A stretch of DNA of 64,000 nt from Mustelus asterias (taxonomy: Eukaryota), in assembly GCF_964213995.1 (NCBI RefSeq), contig NC_135803.1, positions 116,808,001 to 116,872,000 on the forward strand, given 5' to 3'. The translations under genes and the position numbers were made by a program. The notes under the pieces are model-generated. The model had not been told where the DNA came from and ran no database searches. It was given only the letters and a program-made list of their open reading frames with translations. Shown piece by piece: positions 14,160-24,778 of the stretch. How positions within the stretch are numbered: position 1 is the first letter of the stretch; each line of letters starts with the position of its first letter.

Positions 14160-15130
14160 CATAGAACATAGAACATAGAAAGCCACAGCACAAACAGGCC
14201 CTTCGGCCCACAAGTTGCGCCGATCACATCCCCACCTCTAGGCCTATCTATAGCCCTCAATCCCATTAAATCCCATGTACTCATCCAGAAGTCTCTTAAA
14301 AGACCCCAACGAGTTTGCCTCCACCACCACCGACGTCAGCCGATTCCACTCACCCACCACCCTCTGAGTGAAAAACTTACCCCTGACATCCCCCCTGTAC
14401 CTACCCCCCAGCACCTTAAACCTGTGTCCTCTCGTAGCAACCATTTCAGCCCTTGGAAATAGCCTCTGAGAGTCCACCCTATCCAGACCCCTCAACATCT
14501 TGTAAACCTCTATCAGGTCACCTCTCATCCTTCGTCTCTCCAGGGAGAAGAGACCAAGCTCCCTCAACCTATCCTCATAAGGCATACCCCCCAATCCAGG
14601 CAACATCCTTGTAAATCTCCTCTGCACCCTTTCAATGGCTTCAACATCTTTCCTGTAATGAGGTGACCAGAACTGCGCGCAGTACTCCAAGTGGGGTCTA
14701 ACCAGGGTCCTATAAAGCTGCAGCATTATCTCCCGACTCCTAAACTCAATCCCTCGATTAATGAAGGCTAGTACGCCATACGCCTTCTTGACCGCATCCT
14801 CCACCTGCGAGGCCGATTTAAGAGTCCTATGGACCCGGACCCCAAGGTCCTTCTGATCCTCTACACTGCTAAGAATGGTACCCTTCATTTTATACTGCTG
14901 CTTCATCCCATTGGATCTGCCAAAATGGATCACTACACACTTATCCGGGTTGAAGTCCATCTGCCACTTCTCCGCCCAGTCTTGCATTCTATCTATGTCT
15001 CGCTGCAACTTCTGACATCCCTCCAAACTATCCACAACACCACCTACCTTGGTGTCGTCAGCAAACTTACCAACCCATCCCTCCACTTCCTCATCCAGGT
15101 CATTTATGAAAATGACAAACAGCAAGGGTC
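14160..15130 (-). mobile_element. Young 5'-truncated CR1/HER1 LINE
   Basis: Uninterrupted 293-codon frame with KFADDTK RT motif and LYRTLVRPHLEYC; (TTCTATG)n tail. Confidence 0.92.
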
Positions 15131-16239
15131 ATTCAATTAAAAAAGTTTGCAAACCACTCACTTAACCTCCTTCAGGTGCCTTCCAGCACACTCTAAATAG
15201 TGATAGTTACTAGTCAGACCAGGGAAGAAGAAATGAAACAAAATAGACAGTGGCAATTTCTCAAGCATTCATTCATTCTGAATCATAGATTGAAGAATTT
15301 TTTTAAATTACTTTTTAAAAGTTCATTCTCAAAATGTGGACACTGCTGGCAACGCCAGCATTTAATGCTCATCCCTAACTGCCCTTCACCACACTGGTGG
15401 TGAGCTTAATTCTTGAGCTGCTGCAGTCCGTGCGTTGAGGTACATGAACAGTGCTGTTAGGTAGGCAGAGGTAGATTTTCAGGTCATGGGGCCCCGTGAT
15501 CAGCTTTATTTTACCCCCAACCTCCCCCACATCTGACGGCCAAAGCCAATCCCTCGCACACAGTCTCTCTGCCCCCAAACCTCTCACATCTCTTTATATG
15601 CAACACTTTCATTTAGATAAGGAAGTCTAGGCCTTTAGGGTGGTACAGTGGCAAGCACTGCTGCCTCACAGCTCCAGGGACCTGGGTTTGATTCCTGGCT
15701 TGGATCACTCTCTTTTCCCCCACCCCCTCACAAGCTCTCCTCCCCTGCCTTAACCACCACCACTGGTGTAGTGGGAAACTTTGAGGTTCAGGAACTCTAA
15801 GAAAATGTGTTGGTCATATAATTTCTCAATATTCTATTACATTGTTTTCCTATGTATTAATCATTTGAGTCTCCAAAAGTCAGTAAAACTGTGTTTTTTA
15901 AGTGAAAACTATTATTTATTTATTTTTATTAGTGTCATGTAGGCTTACGCTAACACTGCAATGAAGTTATTGTGAAAATCCCCTAGTCACCACACTCCAG
16001 CGCCTGTACGGATACACAGAGAGAATTTAGCATAGCCAATGCACCTAACAAGCACATCAGTGTTGGTTGGCATTTTGTTTCAAACTTTGAATGATTGAAT
16101 CATTAGTCTTTAGCATGGCTAGAAATTCATTATGCAACAGTTTAATCATGTAATTCAAACCTATTAAAGCATGAAATATAGAGCTTTACTATCAAGGTAA
16201 GGAACAAAACTGGGTAGAGTTAAGGTACCGATCAGACAT

Positions 16240-16390
16240 TTCTTTCGACACCAACCAAGTAAACGAACTCAAATTAACTTAGGGTCAAATTAAAAGGGGC
16301 AGCTCCCCAAAAGAAAGGGGGAACAACCCGAACCAAAAACAAAGTCGAAAGGAAACTTAAAACATCAAACCAAAAGGTGATTATCAGGGT
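16240..16390 (-). mobile_element. Short Tx1-like 3' end insertion with 12-bp TSD
   Basis: CCGATCAGACAT at 16228-16239 and 16391-16402; inserted into an old CR1-type tail. Confidence 0.85.
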
Positions 16391-16846
16391 CCGATCAGAC
16401 ATAATAGCAGAACAAGCTCAAAGGGCTGGATGGCGTACTCTTATTCCTGTGTTCTTACTGAGATATTTATGGAAGGAGCTCGACACATGTGTGCAATCAT
16501 TCAATCAAGCTCGCTCTTAATTTAATTCAAATTAATCCAGATCTCAAAGTACTATTAGCTAAATTAATGGCTCGTATCTTACCTCTCTGATTTTCTACGG
16601 CATTCTCATGTCCAGCAATTGATCAATCTTCAGTACCTCAAACCAAGCGAAGGCCATTTATGCATTTACATTCTAGAAGTCAATATCAAATGCATTTATC
16701 GCTGTATTTTCTTCAATAGTGAAAATGAATCCAAAACATATATATTTACATTTCAGCCATACCCTCCTCCTCAATCCCAACCACGATGCCAAATTTTTTA
16801 AAGGACCAATGTGGCTTTTCTGGCCATGAACAGAACTTATAAAGCT

Positions 16847-17192
16847 CTACCATGGGAACATCCCATCAATAAGTCCAGGCAGCGGGCGATCGACGGGGCC
16901 GTCCATCCCGACTGTCTGCCCCTCTACCGCGGCTACATTCGCGGCCAGGTGTCTCTGGAGAGGGAGCATGCGGTGTCCACGGGCGCGGTTGACGCCTTCC
17001 GCGGCCGCTGGGCGCCGCAGGGGCTGGGGTGTATTATCGACCCCGATAATCACCTTTTGGTTTGACGTTTTAAGTTTCCTTTCGACTTTGACTTTGGTTC
17101 GGGCTGTTCCCCCCCTTCCTTTTGGGGAGCCGCCCCTTTTACTTTGTCCCTAAGTTAATTTGAGTTCGTTTACTTGATTGGTGCCGAAAGAG
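16847..17192 (+). mobile_element. Tx1/L1-derived unit 1
   Basis: Encodes INKSRQRAIDGAVHPDCLPLYRGYIRGQVSLEREHAV...NHLLV* plus a T-rich 3' UTR; CpG-rich, so probably young. Confidence 0.75.
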
Positions 17193-17199
17193 CTACCAT

Positions 17200-17537
17200 A
17201 GAAAATCATAGAAAATCATAGAAACCCTACAGTGCAGAAGGAGGCCATTCGGCCCATCGAGTCTGCACCGACCACAATCCCACCCAGGCCCTACCCCCAC
17301 ATATTTACCCGCTAATCCCTCTAACCTACGCATCTCAGGGGCAATTTTAACCTGGCCAATCAACCTAACCCGCACATCTTTGGACTGTGGGAGGAAACCG
17401 GAGCACCCGGAGGAAACCCACGCAAACACGAGGAGAATGTGCAAACTCCACACAGACAGTGACCCGAGCCGGGAATCGAACCCGGGACCCTGGAGCTGTG
17501 AAGCAGCAGTGCTAACCACTGTGCTACCGTGCCGCCC
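17200..17537 (-). mobile_element. Young HE1 SINE at the junction between the two Tx1-derived units
   Basis: Near-consensus HE1; TSD CTACCAT at 17193-17199 and 17538-17544. Confidence 0.92.
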
Positions 17538-17883
17538 CTACCATGGGAACATCCCATCAATAAGTCCAGGCAGCGGGCGATCGACGGGGCCGTCCATCCC
17601 GACTGTCTGCCCCTCTACCGCGGCTACATTCGCGGCCAGGTGTCTCTGGAGAGGGAGCATGCGGTGTTCACGGGCGCGGTTGACGCCTTCCGCGACCGCT
17701 GGGCGCCGCAGGGGCTGGGGTGTATTATCGACCCCGATAATCATCTTTTGGTCTGACGTTTTAAGTTTCCTTTCGACTTTGTTTTTGGTTCGGGCTGTTC
17801 CCCCCTTCCTTTTGGGGAGCTGCCCCTTTTACTTTGTCCCTAAGTTAATTTGAGTTTGTTTACTTGATTGGTATCAAAAGAAA
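17538..17883 (+). mobile_element. Tx1/L1-derived unit 2
   Basis: Near-identical to unit 1 with the same 5' start (CTACCATGGGAACATCCCATCAAT) but a different terminal tail. Confidence 0.75.
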
Positions 17884-18016
17884 TACTTGTAACCTTAGCA
17901 ATGTTTCATACTTGTTTCATGAATATGTGAAATATTTATTTTTGAGGCTACATTCAGACTATTTATGTAAATAACTTTATTTTTCTTCTTTGTAACTTAT
18001 TTTCATCAACCACCAC

Positions 18017-20392
18017 GGGGGAGGGGAGGGGAGGGGAGGGGAGGGGCAGGGGGTTGAGGGGAGGGGCAGGGGGTGAGGGGAGGGCGGGGGGAGGGCAGGG
18101 GGTGAGGGGAGGGGTGGGGGGAAGGGAGGGGGGAGGGGCGGGGGGAGGGGTGGGGTGGAGGGGAGGGGCGGGGTTAGGGGAGGGGCGGGGTTAGGGGAGG
18201 GGCGGGGGGAGGGGAGGGGCGGGGCGGTAGGGCAGGGGCAGGTGGGAGGGGTGGGGGAGGGAGAGGAGGGGCGCGGGAGGAAGGGGAGACGCGGAGAGGG
18301 AGGGGAAGGGCGGGGAAGGGCGGGGAAGGGAGGGTAGGGGCGGGGGGGAGGGGCCGGAAGGGAGGGGCGGGGTGTGAGGGGCAGGGGGACGGCACGGGTG
18401 GGGAGGGAGGGGGGGAGAGGAGGGGGGGAGGGGAGGGGGTGGAGGGGATGGGAGGCGGTGGAGGGGAGGGGACATGGTGGAGGGGAGGGGATGGGGTGGA
18501 GGGGAGGGGGGAGTGGAGGGTAAGGGAGGGGGGAGGGGAGGGGGGTGGAGGGGAGGGGAGGGAGTGGAGGGGGTGGAGGGGAGGGGAGGGGTGGAGGGGT
18601 GTGGGTGGGGTAGGGGAGAGGGTGGGGATAGGGGAGAGGGTGGTGGGTAGGGGAGAGGGTGGGGGGTAGGGGACAGGGTGGGGGGGAGAGGAGAGGGTGG
18701 GAGGGAGGGGAGAGGGTGGGAGGGAGGGAGGGGAGAGGGTGGGAGGGAGGGGAGAGGGTGGGAGGGAGGGGAGAGGGTGGGGGGGAGGGGAGAGGGTGGG
18801 GGGGAGGGGAGAGGGTGGGGGGGAGGGGAGAGGGTGGGGGGGAGGGGAGAGGGTGGGCGGTAGTGGAGAGTAGGGGGTTGGAGGTAGGGGGGGTAGGAGT
18901 TGGGGGGAGGGGGGAGGGGTGGGGAGGGGTTGGGGGGAGGGGGTGGGTGAGGGGAGGGGGTGGGGGGCAGGGGAGGAGTGGGGGAGGGGGAGGGTGGATG
19001 GGAGGGGGTGGGGGGAAGGGGAAGAAATGGGGGAGGGGGAGGGGGAATGGGATGAGGTGGGGGGGAGGGGAGGGGACGGGAGGGGAAGGGAGGGGGAAGG
19101 GGAGCTGGTGGGGGAGGGGAGGGGTGGGGGGAAGGGAGGGGGAGGGGAAGGGGTGGTGGGAGGGGAGTGGGAGGGGTGAAGTGGAGGGGAGGGTATGGGC
19201 GAGGTGGAGTGGAAGAGAGGGGAGGGGGTGGAGAGGAGGGAAGAGGAGGGGATGGAGGGTGTTGGAGGAGAGGGGAGGGGGGGTGAGATGGAGGTTAGGG
19301 GAGGGGAGGTGTGAGGTGGAGGGGATGGGAGGGGTGAGGTGAAGTGGAGGAGGGGAGAGGAGGTGGAGAGGAGGGGATGGAGGGGGGTGAAGGGGAAGGG
19401 AGGGGGGGCGGTGGAGGGGAGCTGAGAGGGTGAGGGGGGAGGGGAGAGGGTGGGGGAGGGGAGAGGGTGGGGGGAGGGGAGAGGGTGGGGGGGAGGGGAG
19501 AGGGTGGGGGGGAGGGGAGAGGGTGGGGGGAGGGGAGGGAAGGGAAGTGGGTGAGGGGAGGGGTGGGAAGAGGGTGCGGCTGAGGTGGAAATTAGGGGAG
19601 GGAAGAGGTGAGGGGGAGGGGTGAGGGGGAGGGGAGGGAGTGGAGAGGAGGGGAGGAGGTGGTGGGGTGGGGAGGGGAGGGGAGGAGGTGGAGGGGTGAG
19701 GAGGGGAGGGAGGGGAGGGGTGGTGGGGAGGGGTGGGGTGGGGTGGTGGGGAGGGGTGGGGTGGAGGGGAGGGGAGGGGTGGGGTGGGGTGGAGGGGAGG
19801 AAAGGAGGTGGAGAAGAGGGGGAGGGGGTGGACGGGAGGGGAGGGGGTGGAGGGGCGAGGAGGGGAGGGGGTGGAGGGGAGTGGAGGGGGTGGAGGGGAG
19901 GGGATGGAGGAGAGGGGAGGGGAGGGGTGCAGGAGAGGCGGTGCAGGGGAGGGGGTGAGGGGAGGGTTGTGGGGTGAGTGGGAGGGAAGGGTGGGGGGAG
20001 GGGTAGGGGAGGGGGTGGGAGAGGGTAGGGGTTGAGAAGGAGGAGAGGATGGGGGACGAGCAGGATGTGTGGAGGTCGATGGGGTGGGGAGTGGGCGGGG
20101 AGTAGTTGGGGTGGGCGTGGGGAGTGGGTGGGGCAGGAAGTGTGCGAGGGAGGGGGCGGGGAGGGGTTTGGGCAGGGAGGGGAGTGGGCAGGGAGGGGAG
20201 TGGGTGGGGGCGGGGGAGGGGTTGTGGGAGGGAGAGGGGGTGCGGAGGGGGTGGGGAGGGAGAGGGAGTGGGGGATGGGGAGGGAGAGAGGGTCGGGGTG
20301 GGGATGGGAAGGGGAGGGGGCAGGGGAGGGAATGACGGGGAGACGGAAGGGAGGGGGAAGGGGAGAGGGAGAAGTGGGGCGGGGGATGGGGG
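18017..20392 (+). repeat. 2.4 kb G-rich, purine-biased low-complexity tract
   Basis: Dominated by G runs separated by A or T, with recurring sub-units GGGGA, GGGGT and GGGGAGAGGGTGGGGGGGA. Confidence 0.95.
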
Positions 20393-20859
20393 CAATGGTT
20401 ACAACATATTTGTGCTAACCTAGTATATAAACACAGAATAATCAATTCCTCCAGATCAGGTGGATTTAGATATCATGTACCTTTTTATCTATTGCTTTTA
20501 ACATATGCCAGTCTGTGTGGAGTGGGGTCAGATTTGGAAATAACTGCTGCACAAGGATATTTTAAGTCTTTGAATTGTCAGCACTTTTGTTTGTCTAAAC
20601 ATGGGAGCTGTGCTTTACAACGTCTTAATTTTTAATCAAGAAATTCCATTGGGAATGCTCATCATATAGACTCCTATAAAATACAGTGAAGCATGACCTT
20701 CGGAATTCCGAGTGGGAGACCAGATGGCACATGCCCTCCCACGGACAAATTGCTCACTAAGCCAACTGCTCAGTACATAGGGCCAGCTTATAGGGGGAGC
20801 ATAGTCAAGCAAAAGAGAAATGTGTGTGAAAAATGAGAGAAGGATAATCATGGTACCTA

Positions 20860-22200
20860 CAGACTGCTCAGTATCACTTCAATGGTGAGGAAATTACTAG
20901 ACACCGTTTTCAAGGACAAAATTAATTTTCATTTGGATAAACATGGACAGCCAGCACTGATTTGTTAAAGGCGAATCTAGTCTGACTAACGTGATTTCAG
21001 TCCTTTGACGTAGTAACAGAGAGGATTGCCAAAAATGTGCCATTAGATGTTGTATGTATAGACTGTCAAGCAGCATCTGGTGAAGTACTTCAAGGTAGAA
21101 TATTCAGAAAATAGCAGCACAGCACTAAAGGGACGAATGTAACTTGGGTGCAAAATTGGCAATGGGATAGGAGCAAAAAGTAGGGGTGAACAGATATTTT
21201 TCTGACTGGAGAGATATATGTAGTCGGGTGTTCCACCCTCCCCTTAAGGTTTCAGTATTAGGACAATTGCTTTTATTATATTATGTGTAATATCATATGT
21301 AAATAACCTGAACAGGGTATAAAGAGTACAATTTAGATACATACAGAGGATACAAAACTTGGCAATGTAACAAATAATGAGCATGATATTAGCAGAATTC
21401 AGGAGCACTAGCGATTGGTAAAATGGGTAGACACATGGCAGACGCAATTTAATGTGAACAATTGTGAAATAATGAACAAAGAAATGACACAGAGAGGCAG
21501 TATAATCTAAATGGTAATATTTTGGGAGGGACGGGGAGAAAACTCAAGCCTCAGAGGGACCTGGGGGTTCATATTCATAAATCGTTGACATTGGCAGGAT
21601 AAGTTGATAAAATTGGCTAGGAAAACACATGGGATATTGGCTTTATAAACACGGCATTAAATACAAAAATGAGGAAGTCATACTAAACCTTTACAAATCA
21701 CTAATTAAGTACTGGTGTCACAAGTAGGCTTACGTTAACACTGCAATGAAGTTACTGTGAAAATCTCCTAGCTGCCACACTCCAGTGCCTATTCAGGTAC
21801 ACTGAGGGAGAATTTAGCATGGTCAATGCACCTAACCAGCATGTCTTTCAGACTGTGGGAGGAAACCAGAGCACCGGGAGGAAACTCACGCAGCCACAAG
21901 GAGAAGGTGAAGACTCCGCACAGTCAGTGACCCAAGCCAGGAATTGAAGCCAGGAATTGAACCCAGGTCCCTGGAGCTCTGAGGCAGCAGTGCTAACCAC
22001 TGTGCCACCATGCCACCCATGGCTTCAGCTTTAATATAATACACAACATTCAGCACCACATTTTAAGACATATTTCAAGGCTCTGAATAGGATCTAGAGG
22101 ACTTTTATCAGGATGATAGCAGGGATGAGGGAGATCAGTTATATGGAGAAATTGGAGAAGCTGAAATTATTCTCCTTTGGGCAGAGAAGTTTTATCTTGT
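20860..22200 (+). mobile_element. Old CR1 LINE relic interrupted by a SINE
   Basis: Decayed RT and 3' motifs (CAGAGGGACCTGGGGGTT; AAACCTTTACAAATCACTAATTA continuing after 22020). Confidence 0.65.
21712..22018 (-). mobile_element. HE1-head SINE with an alternative 3' tail
   Basis: HE1 head and core joined to the plus-strand tail TGTCACAAGTAGGCTTAC..AACACTGCAATGAAGTTACTGTGAAAAT. The same tail occurs at about 15925-16058, 43722-44016 and 62262-62505. Confidence 0.8.
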
Positions 22201-22207
22201 GTGATGT

Positions 22208-23040
22208 TAACAAATAACGTTAACAAATGCGAGGTTATTCACTTTGGAAGAAATAATAGCAAATTGGATTATTATCTAAATGGAAAGAAATTACAACATG
22301 CTGCTGTGCAGAGGGACCTGGGGGTCCTTGTGCATGAGACACAAAAACCCAGTCTGCAGGTGCAACAGGTGATCAAGAAGGCAAATGGGATGTTGGCCTA
22401 TATCGCAAGGGGGATAGAATATAAAAGCAGAGATGTCTTGCTGCATCTGTACAGAGCATTGGTGAGGCCGCAGCTGGAATACTGTGTGCAGTATTGGTCC
22501 CCTTATTTGCGGAAGGATATATTGGCCTTGGAGGGAGTGCAGAGAAGGTTCACCAGGTTGATACCAGAGATGAGGGGTATTGATTATGAGGAAAGACTGA
22601 GCAGATTGGGTTTGTATTCGTTGGAATTTAGAAGGCTGAGAGGGGATCTTATAGAGACCTATAAGGTAATGAAGGGGCTGGATAGGGTAGAGATGGAGAG
22701 ATTCTTTCCACTTAGAAAGGAAACTAGAACTAGAGGGCAGAGCCTCAAAATAAAGGGGGGTCGGTTTAGGACAGAGTTGAGGAGGAACTTCTTCTCTCAG
22801 AGGGTGGTGAATCTCTGGAATTCTCGGCCCACTGAAGTGGTGGAGGCTACCTCGTTGAATATGTTTAAATCACGGATAGATGGATTCCTGATCGGTCAGG
22901 GAATTAGGGGTTATAGAGATCAGGCGGGTAAGTGGAACTGATCCACTTCAGATCAGCCATGATCTTATTGAATGGCAGGGCAGGCTCGAGGGGCGAGATG
23001 GCCTACTCCTGCTCCTATTTCTTATGTTCTTATGTTCTTA
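22208..23040 (+). mobile_element. Young 5'-truncated CR1 LINE (different subfamily)
   Basis: Open frame KCEVIHFG..QRDLGV..LYRALVRPQLEYCVQYWSP; (CTTATGTT)n tail; possible TSD TGATGT. Confidence 0.9.
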
Positions 23041-23244
23041 TGATGTCTGTGACTGGTGGGCACTGCAGGTCTTGCCTGCATTGTTAATATCATCCTGACT
23101 TAGTGGGAAATTTGTTTTTGGTGGCATTCAATGTTTATTTCTAGTTGATGACATCATCCAATATTCGTAGCACCCTACAGGGGGCACATGTGGTTATTTG
23201 TGTTTGCTGATCCTGGGGCAACATAGTGTCCATCTTATATAATG

Positions 23245-23372
23245 GCAAAATACTACGGATGCTGGAATCTGAAACAGAAAACAGAAACTGCTGGAAAATC
23301 TCAGCACGTCTGACAGCATCTGTGGAGAGAGAATAGAGCCAACATTTTGAGTCAGGGTGACCCTTCACCAAA
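23245..23372. mobile_element. Penelope-like terminal repeat relic
   Basis: GGATGCTGGAATCTGAAACAGAAAACAGAAACTGCTGGAAAATCTCAGCA..CAGCATCTGTGGAGAGAGA. Related copies at about 41780-41870 and 61595-61655. Family assignment is from recall. Confidence 0.5.
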
Positions 23373-23939
23373 GCTGTCAATTTTATTGGCTCATTAAGAC
23401 AAGTCAAGAGTGGTAGGTGCATGGGAACATCACCATCTGCAAGTTCCCGTCCAAGCCACTCACCATCCTGATTTGGAAATATATCGCCATTCCTTTACTG
23501 TCATTGGGTCAAAATCTTTCCCTTAGCTTTATTCTTTCAAGGGATGTGGGCATTTATTGTCCATTGCTAATTGGCCTCCAAAGATATGCGGGTTAGGTCG
23601 ATTGGTCATGGTAAATTGCCCCTGTCAGGGGGCTAGCAGAGTAAATATATGGGGTTATGGGGATAGGGCCAGGTTGGGATTGTGGTCAGTGCAGGCTTGA
23701 TGGGCCGAATGGCCTCCTTCTACACTATAGTGATTCTATGATTCTATGAAGAAGTTGGTACTCCCTCCCTAATAGGGATTGACCACATGGACATGTGGAT
23801 AAACATGGGTTAACGGAACAGCCAGCACAGATTTGTGAAAGGCAAATCTTGTCTGATTATGGACACATGGACTGCAGCAGTTCAAGTTGACAGGGCAATT
23901 AGCAACAGACAATAAATGCCCACATCCCTTGGATTTAAA

Positions 23940-24560
23940 AAAAATTCATTTGTGGGACATGGGTGTCGCTGGCTGGCCAGCATTTATTGCCCATCCCTAG
24001 TTGCCCTTGAGAAGCTGGTGGTAAGCTGCCTTCCTGAAATGCTGCAGTAGTGATTGATACAACTGAGTGGTTTGCTAGGCCATTTCAGAGGGCAGTTGAG
24101 AGTTAACCACATTGCTGTGGCTCTGGAGTCACACATAGGCCAGACAAGGACAGCAGATTTCCTTCCGGAAAGGACATTAGTGAATCAGATGTCTTTTTTT
24201 TCGACAATTGACAATGGTTTCATGGTCGTCAGTAGGTTCTATATGAGTTTATAGAATCCCTACAGTGCAAAAGAAAACCATTTGGCCCATCTAGCCTGCA
24301 CCAACTACAATCCCATGCAGACCCTATTTCTGCAACCCCACACATTTACCCTGCTAATCCCGCTGACACTAAGGGACATTTTGCATGGCCAATCAACCTA
24401 ACCTGCACATCTTTGGATTTTTTAAATTTATTGATCCTTTTTACTACACTCAAATTCCACCATCTTGCCACGGCAAGGTTTCAAACCCAGGTCCCCAAAA
24501 CATTAGCTGAACTTCTGGATTAATAGTCCAGCCATAATACCGCCAGGCCATCGCCTCCCC
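23940..24560 (-). mobile_element. tRNA-head SINE with CR1-type tail, interrupted by an HE1 3' fragment (about 24250-24417)
   Basis: Reverse complement matches the plus-strand copy at 42760-43080; its head abuts the UBA3 promoter. Confidence 0.7.
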
Positions 24561-24758
24561 TGTTCAGAGGAAAGACAGCCACCTCCATCACCTGGAGGCA
24601 GCTCAGAGGCAACTGGTGACATCACAGAGAGGCGCCGGAGAGCCACCCCGACCGCGCGGCATTGTGGGAAGCTCTGATTGGTCAACAGTGGCGGCGGCCT
24701 CCCTCTCTCCCTCCCCCGGGGGTATGGTGAGCCTGATGGATTATGGGAGGAGGAAAAT

Positions 24759-24778
24759 ATGGCGGATGTCGCGGAGCC
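24759..24778 (+). CDS. UBA3: UBA3 exon 1 (MADVAEP), 20 nt
   Basis: ATGGCGGATGTCGCGGAGCC|GTGAGT in a CpG-rich island; resembles human MADGEEP as recalled. Confidence 0.88.

Larger units (their letters stand above)
12983..15159 (+). mobile_element. Degenerate hAT (Charlie-like) DNA transposon with nested SINE and LINE
   Basis: Left terminal inverted repeat (TIR)-like TAGTGGTTCTCAAACT at 12983 and right TIR-like AGTTTGCAAACCACTC at 15144-15159. About 13420-13523 translates KTKYRAHLEVENDLWISLANIA..EKQAH*, like a hAT transposase C-terminus. No TSD seen. Confidence 0.6.

Noticed and set aside
14244-15125. Long RT-like ORFs (also at 22177, 28537, 53448, 54389, 56172) as host genes
   Set aside because: They are 5'-truncated LINE ORF2 pieces with LINE tails and lack the endonuclease or a real start.
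17460-17537. tRNA genes at the A-box/B-box sequences
   Set aside because: They are SINE heads that continue into SINE core and tail sequence in many copies.
17977-20445. 822-aa Pro-rich ORF and overlapping Gly/Arg/Glu-rich ORFs
   Set aside because: A by-product of the G/C low-complexity tract, where stop codons are rare; no codon structure or splice context.
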